Below are positions 38,974 through 48,687 of a stretch of 64,000 nt of DNA, in pieces. The DNA is from Candidatus Cloacimonadota bacterium (GTDB taxonomy: Bacteria > Cloacimonadota > Cloacimonadia > JGIOTU-2). Under the pieces are notes generated by a model, which was given only the letters and a program-made list of their open reading frames with translations, had not been told where the DNA came from and made no database searches. The number at the start of each line of letters is the position of its first letter. Within the stretch, counting starts at the first letter, position 1. A program made the translations under genes and the position numbers. The stretch covers positions 64,001 through 128,000 of the forward strand of contig JBNGBT010000005.1 in assembly GCA_049903315.1 (NCBI GenBank), read 5' to 3'.

Positions 38974-39146
38974 GAATTGACTATTTATCTATCATACTTT
39001 TTACTAACGAGTGGAGCCCTTTTGTCTATTTAATTTGTAGTAATATGGAGTAAATAGAATTTGTTGATTTCACATTGACACTCCGATATGCTGCGCTACA
39101 GGGCATGCAGTCAATATAGTCCATAATTTTTTTTACTCAATTAGTA

Positions 39147-39173
39147 CGTTTCTTTACAGAAAATATACAATCA
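39147..39173 (+). repeat. Direct repeat copy 2 (27 bp) flanking the FISUMP gene
   Basis: CGTTTCTTTACAGAAAATATACAATCA; 25/27 identical to 36306-36332. Confidence 0.8.
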
Positions 39174-39302
39174 ATTTTTATTGACCAGCTTTGTGATTCA
39201 TTAGAAAAAGCGCGTAACAAGGGATAGGGTCATGAAACTTGACACATTAATATACCCCAAAAGTTATGTCATCAAAAATTGAATCTTGAAAGGACTAAGA
39301 AT

Positions 39303-40622
39303 ATGAAGAGAAAAGTCATTATTATGGGCGCTGCCGGCAGAGATTTTCATAATTTCAATGTGCTCTATCGTGATAATCCCGACTATGAAATCGTTGCCTT
39401 TACAGCAACTCAAATTCCAGATATTGACGGAAGAAAATATCCTGCAGAATTAGCAGGCAAACTCTACCCGGCAGGCATCCCGATCGTTGCTGAATCCGAA
39501 CTTGTCGATCTGATCAAAGAACATAACATTGACCTTGTGGTATTTGCCTACAGTGATGTAAATTATGAATATCTTATGCATAAAGCTTCGATCGTAAATG
39601 CAGCAGGTGCAGATTTTGTGCTCCTGAGTGCAACCGAAACAATGATCAAAACAACCAAACCTTTAATAACAGTTTGCGCAGTTCGAACAGGTTGTGGCAA
39701 AAGCCAGACTTCACGCGCAGTTGTACGGTTCCTTAAGGACAAGGGTTTGAAGGTTGCTTCGATCCGTCATCCAATGCCGTATGGAGACCTTGTGAAGCAG
39801 AAAGTGCAGCGGTTTGCCAAGATCGAAGATTTGAAAAAACATGAATGCACAATAGAAGAGATGGAAGAGTACGAACCACATATCGATATCGGTAGCATTA
39901 TTTATGCTGGTGTCGATTATGGTGCAATTCTTGCTGAAGCAGAAAAGGAAGCCGATGTCATCGTCTGGGATGGTGGAAATAATGATACATCATTTTATAA
40001 ATCTGATAATATGCTGAATATTGTCGTTGCAGATCCTCATCGCCCAGGTCATGAATTATATTATTACCCAGGCGAAACAAATCTCCGGTTGGCAGATGTG
40101 GTTATCATAAATAAGGTTGATTCTGCAAATCCTGAAGATGTGCTCGAAGTTCGTGATAATATCCGCTCGGTAAATAGAAACGCAGTAATTATTGATGGTG
40201 CATCTCCGGTGTTTGTAGACGATGCGAAAGCGATCGAGGGAGCTCGCGTTCTTGTTGTAGAAGACGGTCCCACACTTACCCACGGCGAGATGAAATATGG
40301 CGCCGGTGTCGTCGCAGCAGAGCGTTGCGGTGCAGCAGAATTTGTCGATCCTCGTCCATGGGCTGTCGGTACAATTAAAGAGACATTTGAAAAATATCCT
40401 GAGATAGGAACTCTCCTTCCAGCAATGGGCTATGGCGAGCAGCAGATCAAAGATCTCGAGACAACAATAAATGCAGTTGATTGTGAAGTTGTTGTTATTG
40501 GAACTCCTATTGATTTACGAAGAATAATTAAAATTAATAAACCTGCCGTAAGAGTATCATACGAACTGCAGGAAATTGGTCAACCCACACTTACAGAAGT
40601 GCTAGAAAATTTTGTTAAATAG
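39303..40622 (+). CDS. COG2403 P-loop protein (cyclic 2,3-diphosphoglycerate synthetase-like); probable arginine synthetase ArcE
   Basis: GAAGRDFHNFN, AFTATQIP.I.GR.YP, RTGCGKSQT, RHPMPYGDL, WDGGNND, EDGPTLTHG, LPAMGY. Confidence 0.75.
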   Translation: MKRKVIIMGAAGRDFHNFNVLYRDNPDYEIVAFTATQIPDIDGRKYPAELAGKLYPAGIPIVAESELVDLIKEHNIDLVVFAYSDVNYEYLMHKASIVNAAGADFVLLSATETMIKTTKPLITVCAVRTGCGKSQTSRAVVRFLKDKGLKVASIRHPMPYGDLVKQKVQRFAKIEDLKKHECTIEEMEEYEPHIDIGSIIYAGVDYGAILAEAEKEADVIVWDGGNNDTSFYKSDNMLNIVVADPHRPGHELYYYPGETNLRLADVVIINKVDSANPEDVLEVRDNIRSVNRNAVIIDGASPVFVDDAKAIEGARVLVVEDGPTLTHGEMKYGAGVVAAERCGAAEFVDPRPWAVGTIKETFEKYPEIGTLLPAMGYGEQQIKDLETTINAVDCEVVVIGTPIDLRRIIKINKPAVRVSYELQEIGQPTLTEVLENFVK

Positions 40623-40640
40623 TCTTATTTAGGAGGACGA

Positions 40641-40910
40641 GTGGCTTTGGAAAAAGACGCAAAACGAACAATAGTCGAAGAGTTTGGTTTACATGAATCT
40701 GATACAGGATCCCCTGAAGTACAGATCGCACTCCTTACTCAGAGAATTGCGAGTATTACAGAACATCTGAAAGTACATAAAAAAGATCATCATACCCGGC
40801 GCGGGCTTCTCATGCTTGTCGGACAGAGACGACGACTTTTAGATTATATCAAAAATAAAGATATTACTCGCTACAGAAAGTTAATTAAAGCTCTTAAGAT
40901 CAGAAAGTAA
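40641..40910 (+). CDS. rpsO: 30S ribosomal protein S15
   Basis: [35 protein letters not shown] start after AGGAGG. Confidence 0.98.
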   Translation: MALEKDAKRTIVEEFGLHESDTGSPEVQIALLTQRIASITEHLKVHKKDHHTRRGLLMLVGQRRRLLDYIKNKDITRYRKLIKALKIRK

Positions 40911-40960
40911 GAGCAGATTGAACATGGTAGATTTTAATCCTTTGTTCAGACAGGAGCTAG

Positions 40961-43120
40961 ATGGATAGTAAGATAATTAGGATGGAAACTGAATTTGCCG
41001 GCAGAACGCTGACACTTGAAACCGGTAGAATGGCAAAGCAAGCGGGTGGTTCCGTGCTTGTGCAATATGGAGGTACGGTCGTTCTCGTTACTGCCACAGC
41101 TTCCAAAACAAGAAGAGAGGGAATAGATTACTTCCCACTTATGGTTGATTTTGTTGAAAAAATGTATGCTGCAGGTAAGATTCCAGGTGGGTTTTTCAAA
41201 CGTGAGGCAAGACCCTCAACTACCGCTACACTCGCAGCACGATTAATAGATAGACCTCTGAGACCTCTTTTCCCTGAAGGTTTCAGAAATGATGTGCACG
41301 TTGTTGTTACAGTGCTTTCATATGATAAAGAGAATTCTCCCGAAATGCTCGGAATGATAGGCGCATCTGCTGCTTTGAGCATTTCAGATATCCCGTTTCA
41401 TGGACCTATTGCTGGTGTTAATGTTGGATTAATAGATAACGAATTTATTATCAATCCAACAGTTGAGCAGTTTGCAACATCGCAACTCGATCTTGCAGTT
41501 GCCGGAAAAGAAAATGCAATTATGATGGTCGAAGCTGGTGCTCATGAAATCAGTGAAGAGACGATGCTTGACGCACTTACCAAAGCTCATGACAGCATTC
41601 GGGAATTGATTGTATTTGAAAATCAATTCATTGCAAAAGCTGCAAAACCAAAAGGCGAGTATGAGCTTGATGTAATTGATGAAGATCTTATTTCGGAAGT
41701 AGAAAAAGCGACTACAGAAAAAATACAGAACGCATTGAATATTTCAGATAAGCTGGAACGAAATGCAGCACTTGATGCTATTAAAGAAGAAGTGCTCGTG
41801 TCCTTTGAGGAAAAACTTCCTCCCGAAGAATTCGAACAGAAAAAAGTGCAGATCGCTGAGGCATTCGAAGGTAATCTCAAAAAGCTGATGAGAAAAAAGA
41901 TACTCGAAACCAATACCCGTGTTGACGGAAGAGGTTTAGATGATGTCCGGGACATCACATGTGAGGTAGATATTTTACCATTTACACACGGTTCTGCGTT
42001 GTTTACACGCGGAGAAACTCAATCTCTCGGCGTCGTAACTCTCGGAACGAGTTCTGATGAGAAAATTATTGATGAACTCGGTGAAGAGTATAAAAAGAAA
42101 TTCTACCTTCATTACAATTTTCCTCCATTCAGTGTAGGAGAAGCTGGTTTTATGAGAGGACCAGGCAGAAGAGAGCTTGGACATGGAAATCTTGCAGAGC
42201 GTTCTTTATTCCCAGTCATTCCTGAGGATGAAGAAAAATTTCCTTACACGATTAGAATTGTTTCAGAAATCCTGGAATCAAACGGCTCATCGTCAATGGC
42301 AACAGTGTGCAGCGGAACATTATCTTTGATGGCTGCCGGTGTACCAATCACAGGACCTGTAGCAGGCATCGCAAACGGACTCATTCTTGAAGATGATAAA
42401 TTTACTGTGCTTACAGACATCATGGGTATGGAAGATCATTACGGTGATATGGATTTCAAGGTTGCAGGAACTGATAAAGGTATTACTGCCCTGCAGATGG
42501 ATATCAAAGTGGAAGGCATCACTCACGAGATCATGACGGTTGCCCTGGAAAAAGCTCACAAAGGACGTTTCTTTATTCTTGATAAGATCAAAGAAACCAT
42601 TGCAGAACCACGTCCCGATATTTCACCCATTGCACCTCATATCGAGGTTATGAAAGTGAAAACGGACAGGATTGGCGATATCATCGGACCTCAGGGTAAG
42701 ATGATCAAATCAATTATTGAAGAAACCGGCGTAGCTATCGATATAGATGATGACGGAACTGTTCGTATTGCTTCTCCAGATAGAGATTCAATTCAAAAAG
42801 CACGAGAAAAAATTGCTGCGATCGTTGAAGAACCCGAAATCGGGAAGATCTATAACGGCGTAGTTAAAAATGTCCGTGAATTTGGTTGTTTTGTAGAATT
42901 TCTTCCCCGACAGGAAGGTCTTGTTCATGTATCGAATCTGGAAAACAAAAGAACTGAAAATGTTGCTGATGTCGTTGGATTTGGCGATAAAGTTAAGGTG
43001 AAAGTCATTGGCATTGATCGCGATGGAAAAGTCCAGTTGAGCATGAAGGACGTTGAAGGAGCTATCGTTGAACGCAATGAACGACCAAGACGCTCCGGTC
43101 CAAATAAAAAACGCTATTAA
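40961..43120 (+). CDS. pnp: Polyribonucleotide nucleotidyltransferase (PNPase)
   Basis: GKIPGGFFKRE, RLIDRPLRPLF, FTRGETQ, RRELGHG, ESNGSSSMA, GDMDFKVAG, KH and S1 domains. Confidence 0.98.
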   Translation: MDSKIIRMETEFAGRTLTLETGRMAKQAGGSVLVQYGGTVVLVTATASKTRREGIDYFPLMVDFVEKMYAAGKIPGGFFKREARPSTTATLAARLIDRPLRPLFPEGFRNDVHVVVTVLSYDKENSPEMLGMIGASAALSISDIPFHGPIAGVNVGLIDNEFIINPTVEQFATSQLDLAVAGKENAIMMVEAGAHEISEETMLDALTKAHDSIRELIVFENQFIAKAAKPKGEYELDVIDEDLISEVEKATTEKIQNALNISDKLERNAALDAIKEEVLVSFEEKLPPEEFEQKKVQIAEAFEGNLKKLMRKKILETNTRVDGRGLDDVRDITCEVDILPFTHGSALFTRGETQSLGVVTLGTSSDEKIIDELGEEYKKKFYLHYNFPPFSVGEAGFMRGPGRRELGHGNLAERSLFPVIPEDEEKFPYTIRIVSEILESNGSSSMATVCSGTLSLMAAGVPITGPVAGIANGLILEDDKFTVLTDIMGMEDHYGDMDFKVAGTDKGITALQMDIKVEGITHEIMTVALEKAHKGRFFILDKIKETIAEPRPDISPIAPHIEVMKVKTDRIGDIIGPQGKMIKSIIEETGVAIDIDDDGTVRIASPDRDSIQKAREKIAAIVEEPEIGKIYNGVVKNVREFGCFVEFLPRQEGLVHVSNLENKRTENVADVVGFGDKVKVKVIGIDRDGKVQLSMKDVEGAIVERNERPRRSGPNKKRY

Positions 43121-43126
43121 AATACT

Positions 43127-44230
43127 GTGAAAATTGCCTTAGTTGTAGGGGCTCGTCCTAACTTCATGAAGGTGGGTCCCGTCTACTTTGAACTAAAAAA
43201 GCATTCACGATATACACCGCTGCTTATTCATACCGGGCAGCATTACGACAAGAATCTCTCAGAAATATTTTTCGAACAACTCGGATTTCCCAAACCGGAT
43301 GTCTATCTTGGAGTGGGATCGGGTACTCACGGCGTACAAACAGCAAAAATAATGATCGCTTTCGAGCAATTCCTTCTACAGGAGAAACCCGATCTCGTAC
43401 TCGTTGCTGGTGATGTAAATTCTACAGTTGCCTGTGCGATCGATGCGGTAAAATTGCATATTCCTGTTGCTCATCTGGAAGCTGGATTGCGTTCATATGA
43501 TAGAAGAATGCCGGAAGAAATTAACAGGATTGAGACTGATTGCATATCGAATATGTTGCTCACACCCTCAAAAGATGCAGATGAGAATCTGTTTCGTGAA
43601 GGAATTTCAAAAGATAAAATTTTCTTAGTCGGCAATGCAATGATAGACTCACTCGTTAAATATGAGAAACAAGCAGAGCATTCGAAAAGTATGGACGAAC
43701 TTGGTCTTAAAAAGCATTCATATGCGCTGATCACGTTACACAGACCTAGTAATGTTGATGATAAAGATAACCTTGAGATAATTCTCGATGCTTTTTCTGA
43801 AATATCTGAGAAAATTCCACTTGTGTTTCCTATGCATCCACGTACAAAAAAACAGCTTTCGGTGTTTGGCTTAGAAGAAAAAGTTGATGCAATAACAAAC
43901 CTAAAACTCATAGATCCAATTGGTTATCTTGATTTTCTCAAACTTGAGAAATATGCACAATTCGTGCTTACAGACTCAGGCGGCATCCAGGAAGAGACGA
44001 CTGTCTTTGGTGTTCCTTGTTTGACTTTACGGGAAAACACGGAGCGTCCAATCACGATTGAACTCGGAACAAATCAACTGGTTGAGTTGAATAAAAATGT
44101 TATTGTTCAAAAAGTAACTACTATCCTGAATGGCACTTACAAAAAAGGAAGCATCCCGCCTTTATGGGATGGACATGCTGCAGAACGGATTGTAAAAGTG
44201 ATGGATGATTTTGATTATTCATTTCATTAA
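43127..44230 (+). CDS. wecB: UDP-N-acetylglucosamine 2-epimerase (non-hydrolysing)
   Basis: GARPNFMK, HTGQHYD, HLEAGLRS, MPEEINR, TDSGGIQEE, TERP. Confidence 0.93.
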   Translation: MKIALVVGARPNFMKVGPVYFELKKHSRYTPLLIHTGQHYDKNLSEIFFEQLGFPKPDVYLGVGSGTHGVQTAKIMIAFEQFLLQEKPDLVLVAGDVNSTVACAIDAVKLHIPVAHLEAGLRSYDRRMPEEINRIETDCISNMLLTPSKDADENLFREGISKDKIFLVGNAMIDSLVKYEKQAEHSKSMDELGLKKHSYALITLHRPSNVDDKDNLEIILDAFSEISEKIPLVFPMHPRTKKQLSVFGLEEKVDAITNLKLIDPIGYLDFLKLEKYAQFVLTDSGGIQEETTVFGVPCLTLRENTERPITIELGTNQLVELNKNVIVQKVTTILNGTYKKGSIPPLWDGHAAERIVKVMDDFDYSFH

Positions 44231-44242
44231 AAGGTGGAAACA

Positions 44243-45250
44243 ATGAAAGTTTTAGTTACAGGAGGAGCCGGTTATATTGGAAGCCATACCTGCGTAGAAC
44301 TTCTCGAATCAGGACATGAAATCGTTGTAATAGACAATCTTTCCAACAGCAAACTGGAAGCACTGGAACGGGTCAAAGAGATTACTGGAAAGGATTTAAT
44401 ATTTTATAAAATTGATATCCTTGATAGAGATGGCTTGAGAGAAGTTTTTTCTCAACACTCGTTTGATGTAGTCATTCACTTTGCCGGACTTAAAGCAGTG
44501 GGCGAATCAGTGGAAAAACCACTTCTATATTATTATAATAATGTGAGTGGTTCCATTACTTTGTTTGAAGTTATGCAGGAATACAATGTGAAAAATATTG
44601 TATTCAGCTCATCAGCAACTGTATATGGTGATCCGCAAACTGTTCCAATTAAAGAAGATTTTCCACTTTTCCCGGCAAATCCATATGGGCAGACTAAATT
44701 GGAAATTGAGCAAATTCTTAAAGATCTATATGCGTCTGACAATTCGTGGAACATAGTGCTACTTCGCTATTTTAATCCTGTCGGAGCTCACTCAAGCGGA
44801 ACAATCGGTGAAGATCCCAATGGTATCCCAAATAATTTGTTTCCCTTTATTTCACAAGTCGCGATTGGAAAGTTAGAAAGACTTTCAGTTTTTGGTGATG
44901 ACTATCCAACTGATGATGGAACCGGAGTAAGAGATTATATACATGTAGTTGATTTAGCAAAAGGACATTTAAAAGCTCTAAAAAAAATCACTCAAAAGGC
45001 TGGACTTACTATTTATAATTTGGGAACTGGAAAAGGGTATAGTGTGCTGGAAATTGTACGTGCATTTGAAAATGCTTCTGATAAAAAGGTTCCTTATACA
45101 GTTGTTGAACGCCGCTCAGGAGATATTGCGGTCTGTTTTGCTGATGCTGCTCTCGCAGAAAAAGAACTTGGATGGAGTGCCGAAAAGAGCATTCTTGAAA
45201 TGTGTGCGGACGCCTGGAAATGGCAGTCAAATAATCCAAATGGATACTAA
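44243..45250 (+). CDS. galE: UDP-glucose 4-epimerase
   Basis: [49 protein letters not shown]. Confidence 0.96.
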   Translation: MKVLVTGGAGYIGSHTCVELLESGHEIVVIDNLSNSKLEALERVKEITGKDLIFYKIDILDRDGLREVFSQHSFDVVIHFAGLKAVGESVEKPLLYYYNNVSGSITLFEVMQEYNVKNIVFSSSATVYGDPQTVPIKEDFPLFPANPYGQTKLEIEQILKDLYASDNSWNIVLLRYFNPVGAHSSGTIGEDPNGIPNNLFPFISQVAIGKLERLSVFGDDYPTDDGTGVRDYIHVVDLAKGHLKALKKITQKAGLTIYNLGTGKGYSVLEIVRAFENASDKKVPYTVVERRSGDIAVCFADAALAEKELGWSAEKSILEMCADAWKWQSNNPNGY

Positions 45251-45273
45251 ATTTATTACTTAGGAGATAGAGT

Positions 45274-46602
45274 ATGAAAATTTCTGTTGTTGGTTCTGGC
45301 TATGTTGGACTCGTAACTGGTGCATGCCTTTCCGATGTGGGGCATATTGTTACATGTGTGGATAATAACAAAGATAAGATAGATATGCTCAATCGTGGAG
45401 AGATGCCTATTTTTGAAAAAGGTTTGAAAGAGCTTGTTAAAAATAATGTCGAAGATAAGAGATTATTCTTCACTACGGATATAAAAAAAGCAACAGAAGA
45501 CGCTCAGGTCATTTTCATCGCTGTGGGCACACCTCCCGATGAAGATGGTTCTGCAGATCTTCAATATGTTCTCTCAGTTGCAAAAGATATCGGAAATTAT
45601 ATGAACGGTTACAAAGTTGTGGTTGATAAATCAACTGTGCCTGTCGGAACTGCTGATTATGTAAAATCAACTATCTCTGACGTTTTAAAAAGCCGAAAAG
45701 CAGACTATGAATTTGATGTGGTTTCTAATCCCGAATTTCTCAAAGAAGGCGTTGCAATAGATGATTTCATGAAGCCGGATAGAGTTGTTATTGGTACTGA
45801 TAGCGAACGGGCAAAAAGCCTCATGCACGAAGTATATTCAGCATTTACTTTGCAGCATGATAGAATTATTTTTATGGGGATCCGCTCAGCGGAAATGACC
45901 AAATATGCTGCAAATGCCATGCTTGCAACCAAAATTTCATTTATGAATGAGATTTCACGATTATGTGAAGAAGTCGATGCAGATGTGGAAGATGTGAGAA
46001 CTGGGATTGGTTCAGACCACAGAATCGGTTACAGCTTTATATATCCCGGAATCGGCTATGGAGGATCATGCTTTCCGAAAGATGTGAAAGCTCTGATCAA
46101 GATAGCGCATAAACATAATTCAACTGCGAAAATTCTCGAAGCTGTGGAAGAAGTGAACGATGAGCAAAAATTAGTAATGGTAGAAAAAATAATAAGGCAT
46201 TTCGGAGAAGATCTCAAGGACAAAGTATTTGCCATGTGGGGGCTTTCCTTCAAACCTATGACAGATGATATGCGAGAAGCACCCTCTATAGTAATTATTC
46301 GCGAGCTTGTGAAAAGAGGTGCCAAAATACACGCATACGATCCTGAAGCAATGAAAGAAGCAAAACGTATATTCGGTGAAAATCCAAATATACAATATTT
46401 CGATGACCAATATTCTGCGTTACAAGATGCAAATGCCTTGGTTCTGGTTACAGAATGGAGACAGTTCCGTAAACCGGATTTTGAGAAAGTTCATTCTTTG
46501 CTGAAAGAAGAAATTATCTTTGATGGAAGGAATCAGTACGAGCCCGATCAAATAAAAGAATCAGGATTTGTCTATTACTGTATTGGACGTCCTGATAAAT
46601 AG
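45274..46602 (+). CDS. ugd: UDP-glucose/GDP-mannose 6-dehydrogenase
   Basis: GSGYVG, KSTVPVGT, NPEFLKEG, KYAANA, GYGGSCFPKD, FKP.TDD.RE, DGRN. Confidence 0.93.
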   Translation: MKISVVGSGYVGLVTGACLSDVGHIVTCVDNNKDKIDMLNRGEMPIFEKGLKELVKNNVEDKRLFFTTDIKKATEDAQVIFIAVGTPPDEDGSADLQYVLSVAKDIGNYMNGYKVVVDKSTVPVGTADYVKSTISDVLKSRKADYEFDVVSNPEFLKEGVAIDDFMKPDRVVIGTDSERAKSLMHEVYSAFTLQHDRIIFMGIRSAEMTKYAANAMLATKISFMNEISRLCEEVDADVEDVRTGIGSDHRIGYSFIYPGIGYGGSCFPKDVKALIKIAHKHNSTAKILEAVEEVNDEQKLVMVEKIIRHFGEDLKDKVFAMWGLSFKPMTDDMREAPSIVIIRELVKRGAKIHAYDPEAMKEAKRIFGENPNIQYFDDQYSALQDANALVLVTEWRQFRKPDFEKVHSLLKEEIIFDGRNQYEPDQIKESGFVYYCIGRPDK

Positions 46603-46612
46603 GGAGCAAGAT

Positions 46613-47098
46613 ATGTCAGTATTTTTCTATAACCAAGACAACATCAACACAGATTTGATGTTTCCTGGAAAATATACGTATGAATCTTCAGATGTGGACT
46701 TTATTAAGGAGCATTTGTTCGAAGATCTTGATGTCGGATTTTCGAAAAATGTGAAACCGGGAGACATTATATTTGGAGGAAAGAATTTTGGTTGCGGATC
46801 ATCGAGGGAGCAGCCATCTGTGGGTTTAAAAGCTTTTGGAATTAAGGCAATTGTCGCCAAATCATTTTCAAGAATATTTTACCGCAGTGCGACAAATCAG
46901 GGATTACTCTTGATCGAAAGCCCGGAAGCTGTTGAATATTATTCTGATGGAGACAAGGTCGAGGTTGATGAAAACAAGGGAATGATAAAAGTGGGCGACA
47001 AAGAGTTTTCCTTTCCTCCTCTTCCCAAGCAAATGCGGGATATTATCAATGAAGGTGGACTTTTATTACATATAAAAAATAAAATAGTTGACGAATAA
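46613..47098 (+). CDS. 3-isopropylmalate/homoaconitate dehydratase small subunit (LeuD/HacB-like)
   Basis: DNINTD..FPGKY, NFGCGSSRE, SFSRIFYR, GGL; ATG at 46613 after GGGAG. Confidence 0.85.
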   Translation: MSVFFYNQDNINTDLMFPGKYTYESSDVDFIKEHLFEDLDVGFSKNVKPGDIIFGGKNFGCGSSREQPSVGLKAFGIKAIVAKSFSRIFYRSATNQGLLLIESPEAVEYYSDGDKVEVDENKGMIKVGDKEFSFPPLPKQMRDIINEGGLLLHIKNKIVDE

Positions 47099-47145
47099 TA
47101 AAAAATAGAGTCAACATCGTAACTAAATAAATTTCAGGGGGCTTC

Positions 47146-47547
47146 ATGGAAATTAAACAACTTATCAAAGAGATTAAAGAAAATCTCGAAAAATCTGCAA
47201 ACACAAAATCAATATTCGGCGACGTTATGAAACTCGATGGTATATCGATAATACCTGTCGGCTCTTTTACAATGAAAGGCGGCGGGGGTGGCGGTATCGG
47301 TAGTATGGGAACAAAAACTGAAACTGAATTAGAAGATGACGAGTCAGGATCTAAAACAGGTAAAGGTGGCGGTCTAGGCATGACCGTCGATGTCAATCCT
47401 GTTGGTTATATTAAAATCAAGGATGGCAATGCAGAGTATGTTGAAATTATCGACAAAACGCGTGTCATACTCAACACTCTAAAAGTTCTCATTTTCATCG
47501 TTGTTGTCTCAGGCATCAAGAGTCTCTTTAAACGAAAAAAGAAATAA
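47146..47547 (+). CDS. GerW/YtfJ family protein
   Basis: FG......IIPV....GGGGG...GGG.G....PVG pattern; C-terminal hydrophobic helix. Confidence 0.8.
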   Translation: MEIKQLIKEIKENLEKSANTKSIFGDVMKLDGISIIPVGSFTMKGGGGGGIGSMGTKTETELEDDESGSKTGKGGGLGMTVDVNPVGYIKIKDGNAEYVEIIDKTRVILNTLKVLIFIVVVSGIKSLFKRKKK

Positions 47548-47558
47548 TTGGAGCACCA

Positions 47559-48263
47559 ATGAATAAAACTTCTGCATGGATACTCAGCTTCGGATTGATC
47601 ATCGCAGCACTTGTGTTCGGAATTTTCTTTTATGGATCACGACAGATTGACCAAACAGTGAGAGTAGTAGGATATTCTACCTGTGATTTTGAAGCAAACA
47701 TTGTAAAATGGAGTTTTACTTTCTCGGAAACTATACCAACAGGAAACCTTACCACAGGATATCAAACGATGAATGACAAGCTTCAAACACTGAAAAGAAT
47801 ATGGAATAAGCTAGCGATTTCATCTGAGGACTTCAATATACAACCCATCACTGTGAGAAAGATGTATGGACAATATGGAAAAATTGAAGGCGACATTCTC
47901 GAACAGAATATTTTCATCATCTCAAAGGACCTTGATGCAATTGAAAATCTCGCAATTAATCCTATAGATTTTACTAAAGAAGGTCTGGCTTTTGAGTACT
48001 CAAACATGCAGTATTTCTCAACCGATCTCCCTGATATTAAAATGAAATTACTTGGAGATGCGACAGAAAATGCTATCGAGAGAGCAAACGAAGTTGCCAA
48101 ATCAACTGGAAGTAAAGTTAAAAAAATAACTTCAGCACGCACAGGTGTTTTTCAGATCACAGAACCTTACTCAACGGAGTTTTCTGATTATGGAATGTAC
48201 CAAACTTCGACGAGAAAAAAATCAATCCGCGTAACAGTTACCTGTACGTTTACTATCAACTAG
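47559..48263 (+). CDS. SIMPL (DUF541) domain protein
   Basis: N-terminal TM, V.V.G, 'AT.NA.ERA', G.FQIT, K..RV.V. Confidence 0.8.
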   Translation: MNKTSAWILSFGLIIAALVFGIFFYGSRQIDQTVRVVGYSTCDFEANIVKWSFTFSETIPTGNLTTGYQTMNDKLQTLKRIWNKLAISSEDFNIQPITVRKMYGQYGKIEGDILEQNIFIISKDLDAIENLAINPIDFTKEGLAFEYSNMQYFSTDLPDIKMKLLGDATENAIERANEVAKSTGSKVKKITSARTGVFQITEPYSTEFSDYGMYQTSTRKKSIRVTVTCTFTIN

Positions 48264-48278
48264 TCCGATGGAGGACAA

Positions 48279-48662
48279 ATGAGCTTACGAGAAGATGTTT
48301 TTGCCTGGTTCAAAGCACATCCAGAAGAATTAAAGAAAGAAGGATATGGCTCAAATGCCGCATTAAGGAATGCCTTTCCTAATGAAGACAGAAAAACTCT
48401 TTCAAAGTATAAGATCCAATATTCAAAAGATATGAAAGAAGAAAATCTGTCTGAAAAACCTGTGGAAAAAGTGAAAAAAGAGATCAAAGAGGAAATATCT
48501 CAGGAAGATCTTAAAATTGGTGATCGAGAATTTGATGAGATAATCAATAAAATGAAAGAATGCCCCGCAGCTGGTTTCATAAAAAAGAATCATTTCTTCA
48601 TTTTAGCAGGTCTTGTTTTTATTATTATCTTTTTCATTTTCAATCCATTTAAAAAGGATTAG
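48279..48662 (+). CDS. Hypothetical protein with C-terminal membrane anchor
   Basis: GGAGG RBS; charged N-terminal region, single C-terminal hydrophobic helix FFILAGLVFIIIFFIF. Confidence 0.65.
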   Translation: MSLREDVFAWFKAHPEELKKEGYGSNAALRNAFPNEDRKTLSKYKIQYSKDMKEENLSEKPVEKVKKEIKEEISQEDLKIGDREFDEIINKMKECPAAGFIKKNHFFILAGLVFIIIFFIFNPFKKD

Positions 48663-48687
48663 CAACGATAAGATTTCAGTCTTCTAA

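Noticed and set aside
39075..39115. Imperfect inverted repeat (ATTGAC...GTCAAT) with a GC-richer core after the FISUMP gene, possibly a REP remnant
   Set aside because: Single degenerate copy with weak pairing; cannot be supported
40911..40960. Possible RNase III hairpin in the pnp leader (TGAACA...TGTTCA)
   Set aside because: Only a 6-bp outer stem with a poorly paired interior; too weak to call
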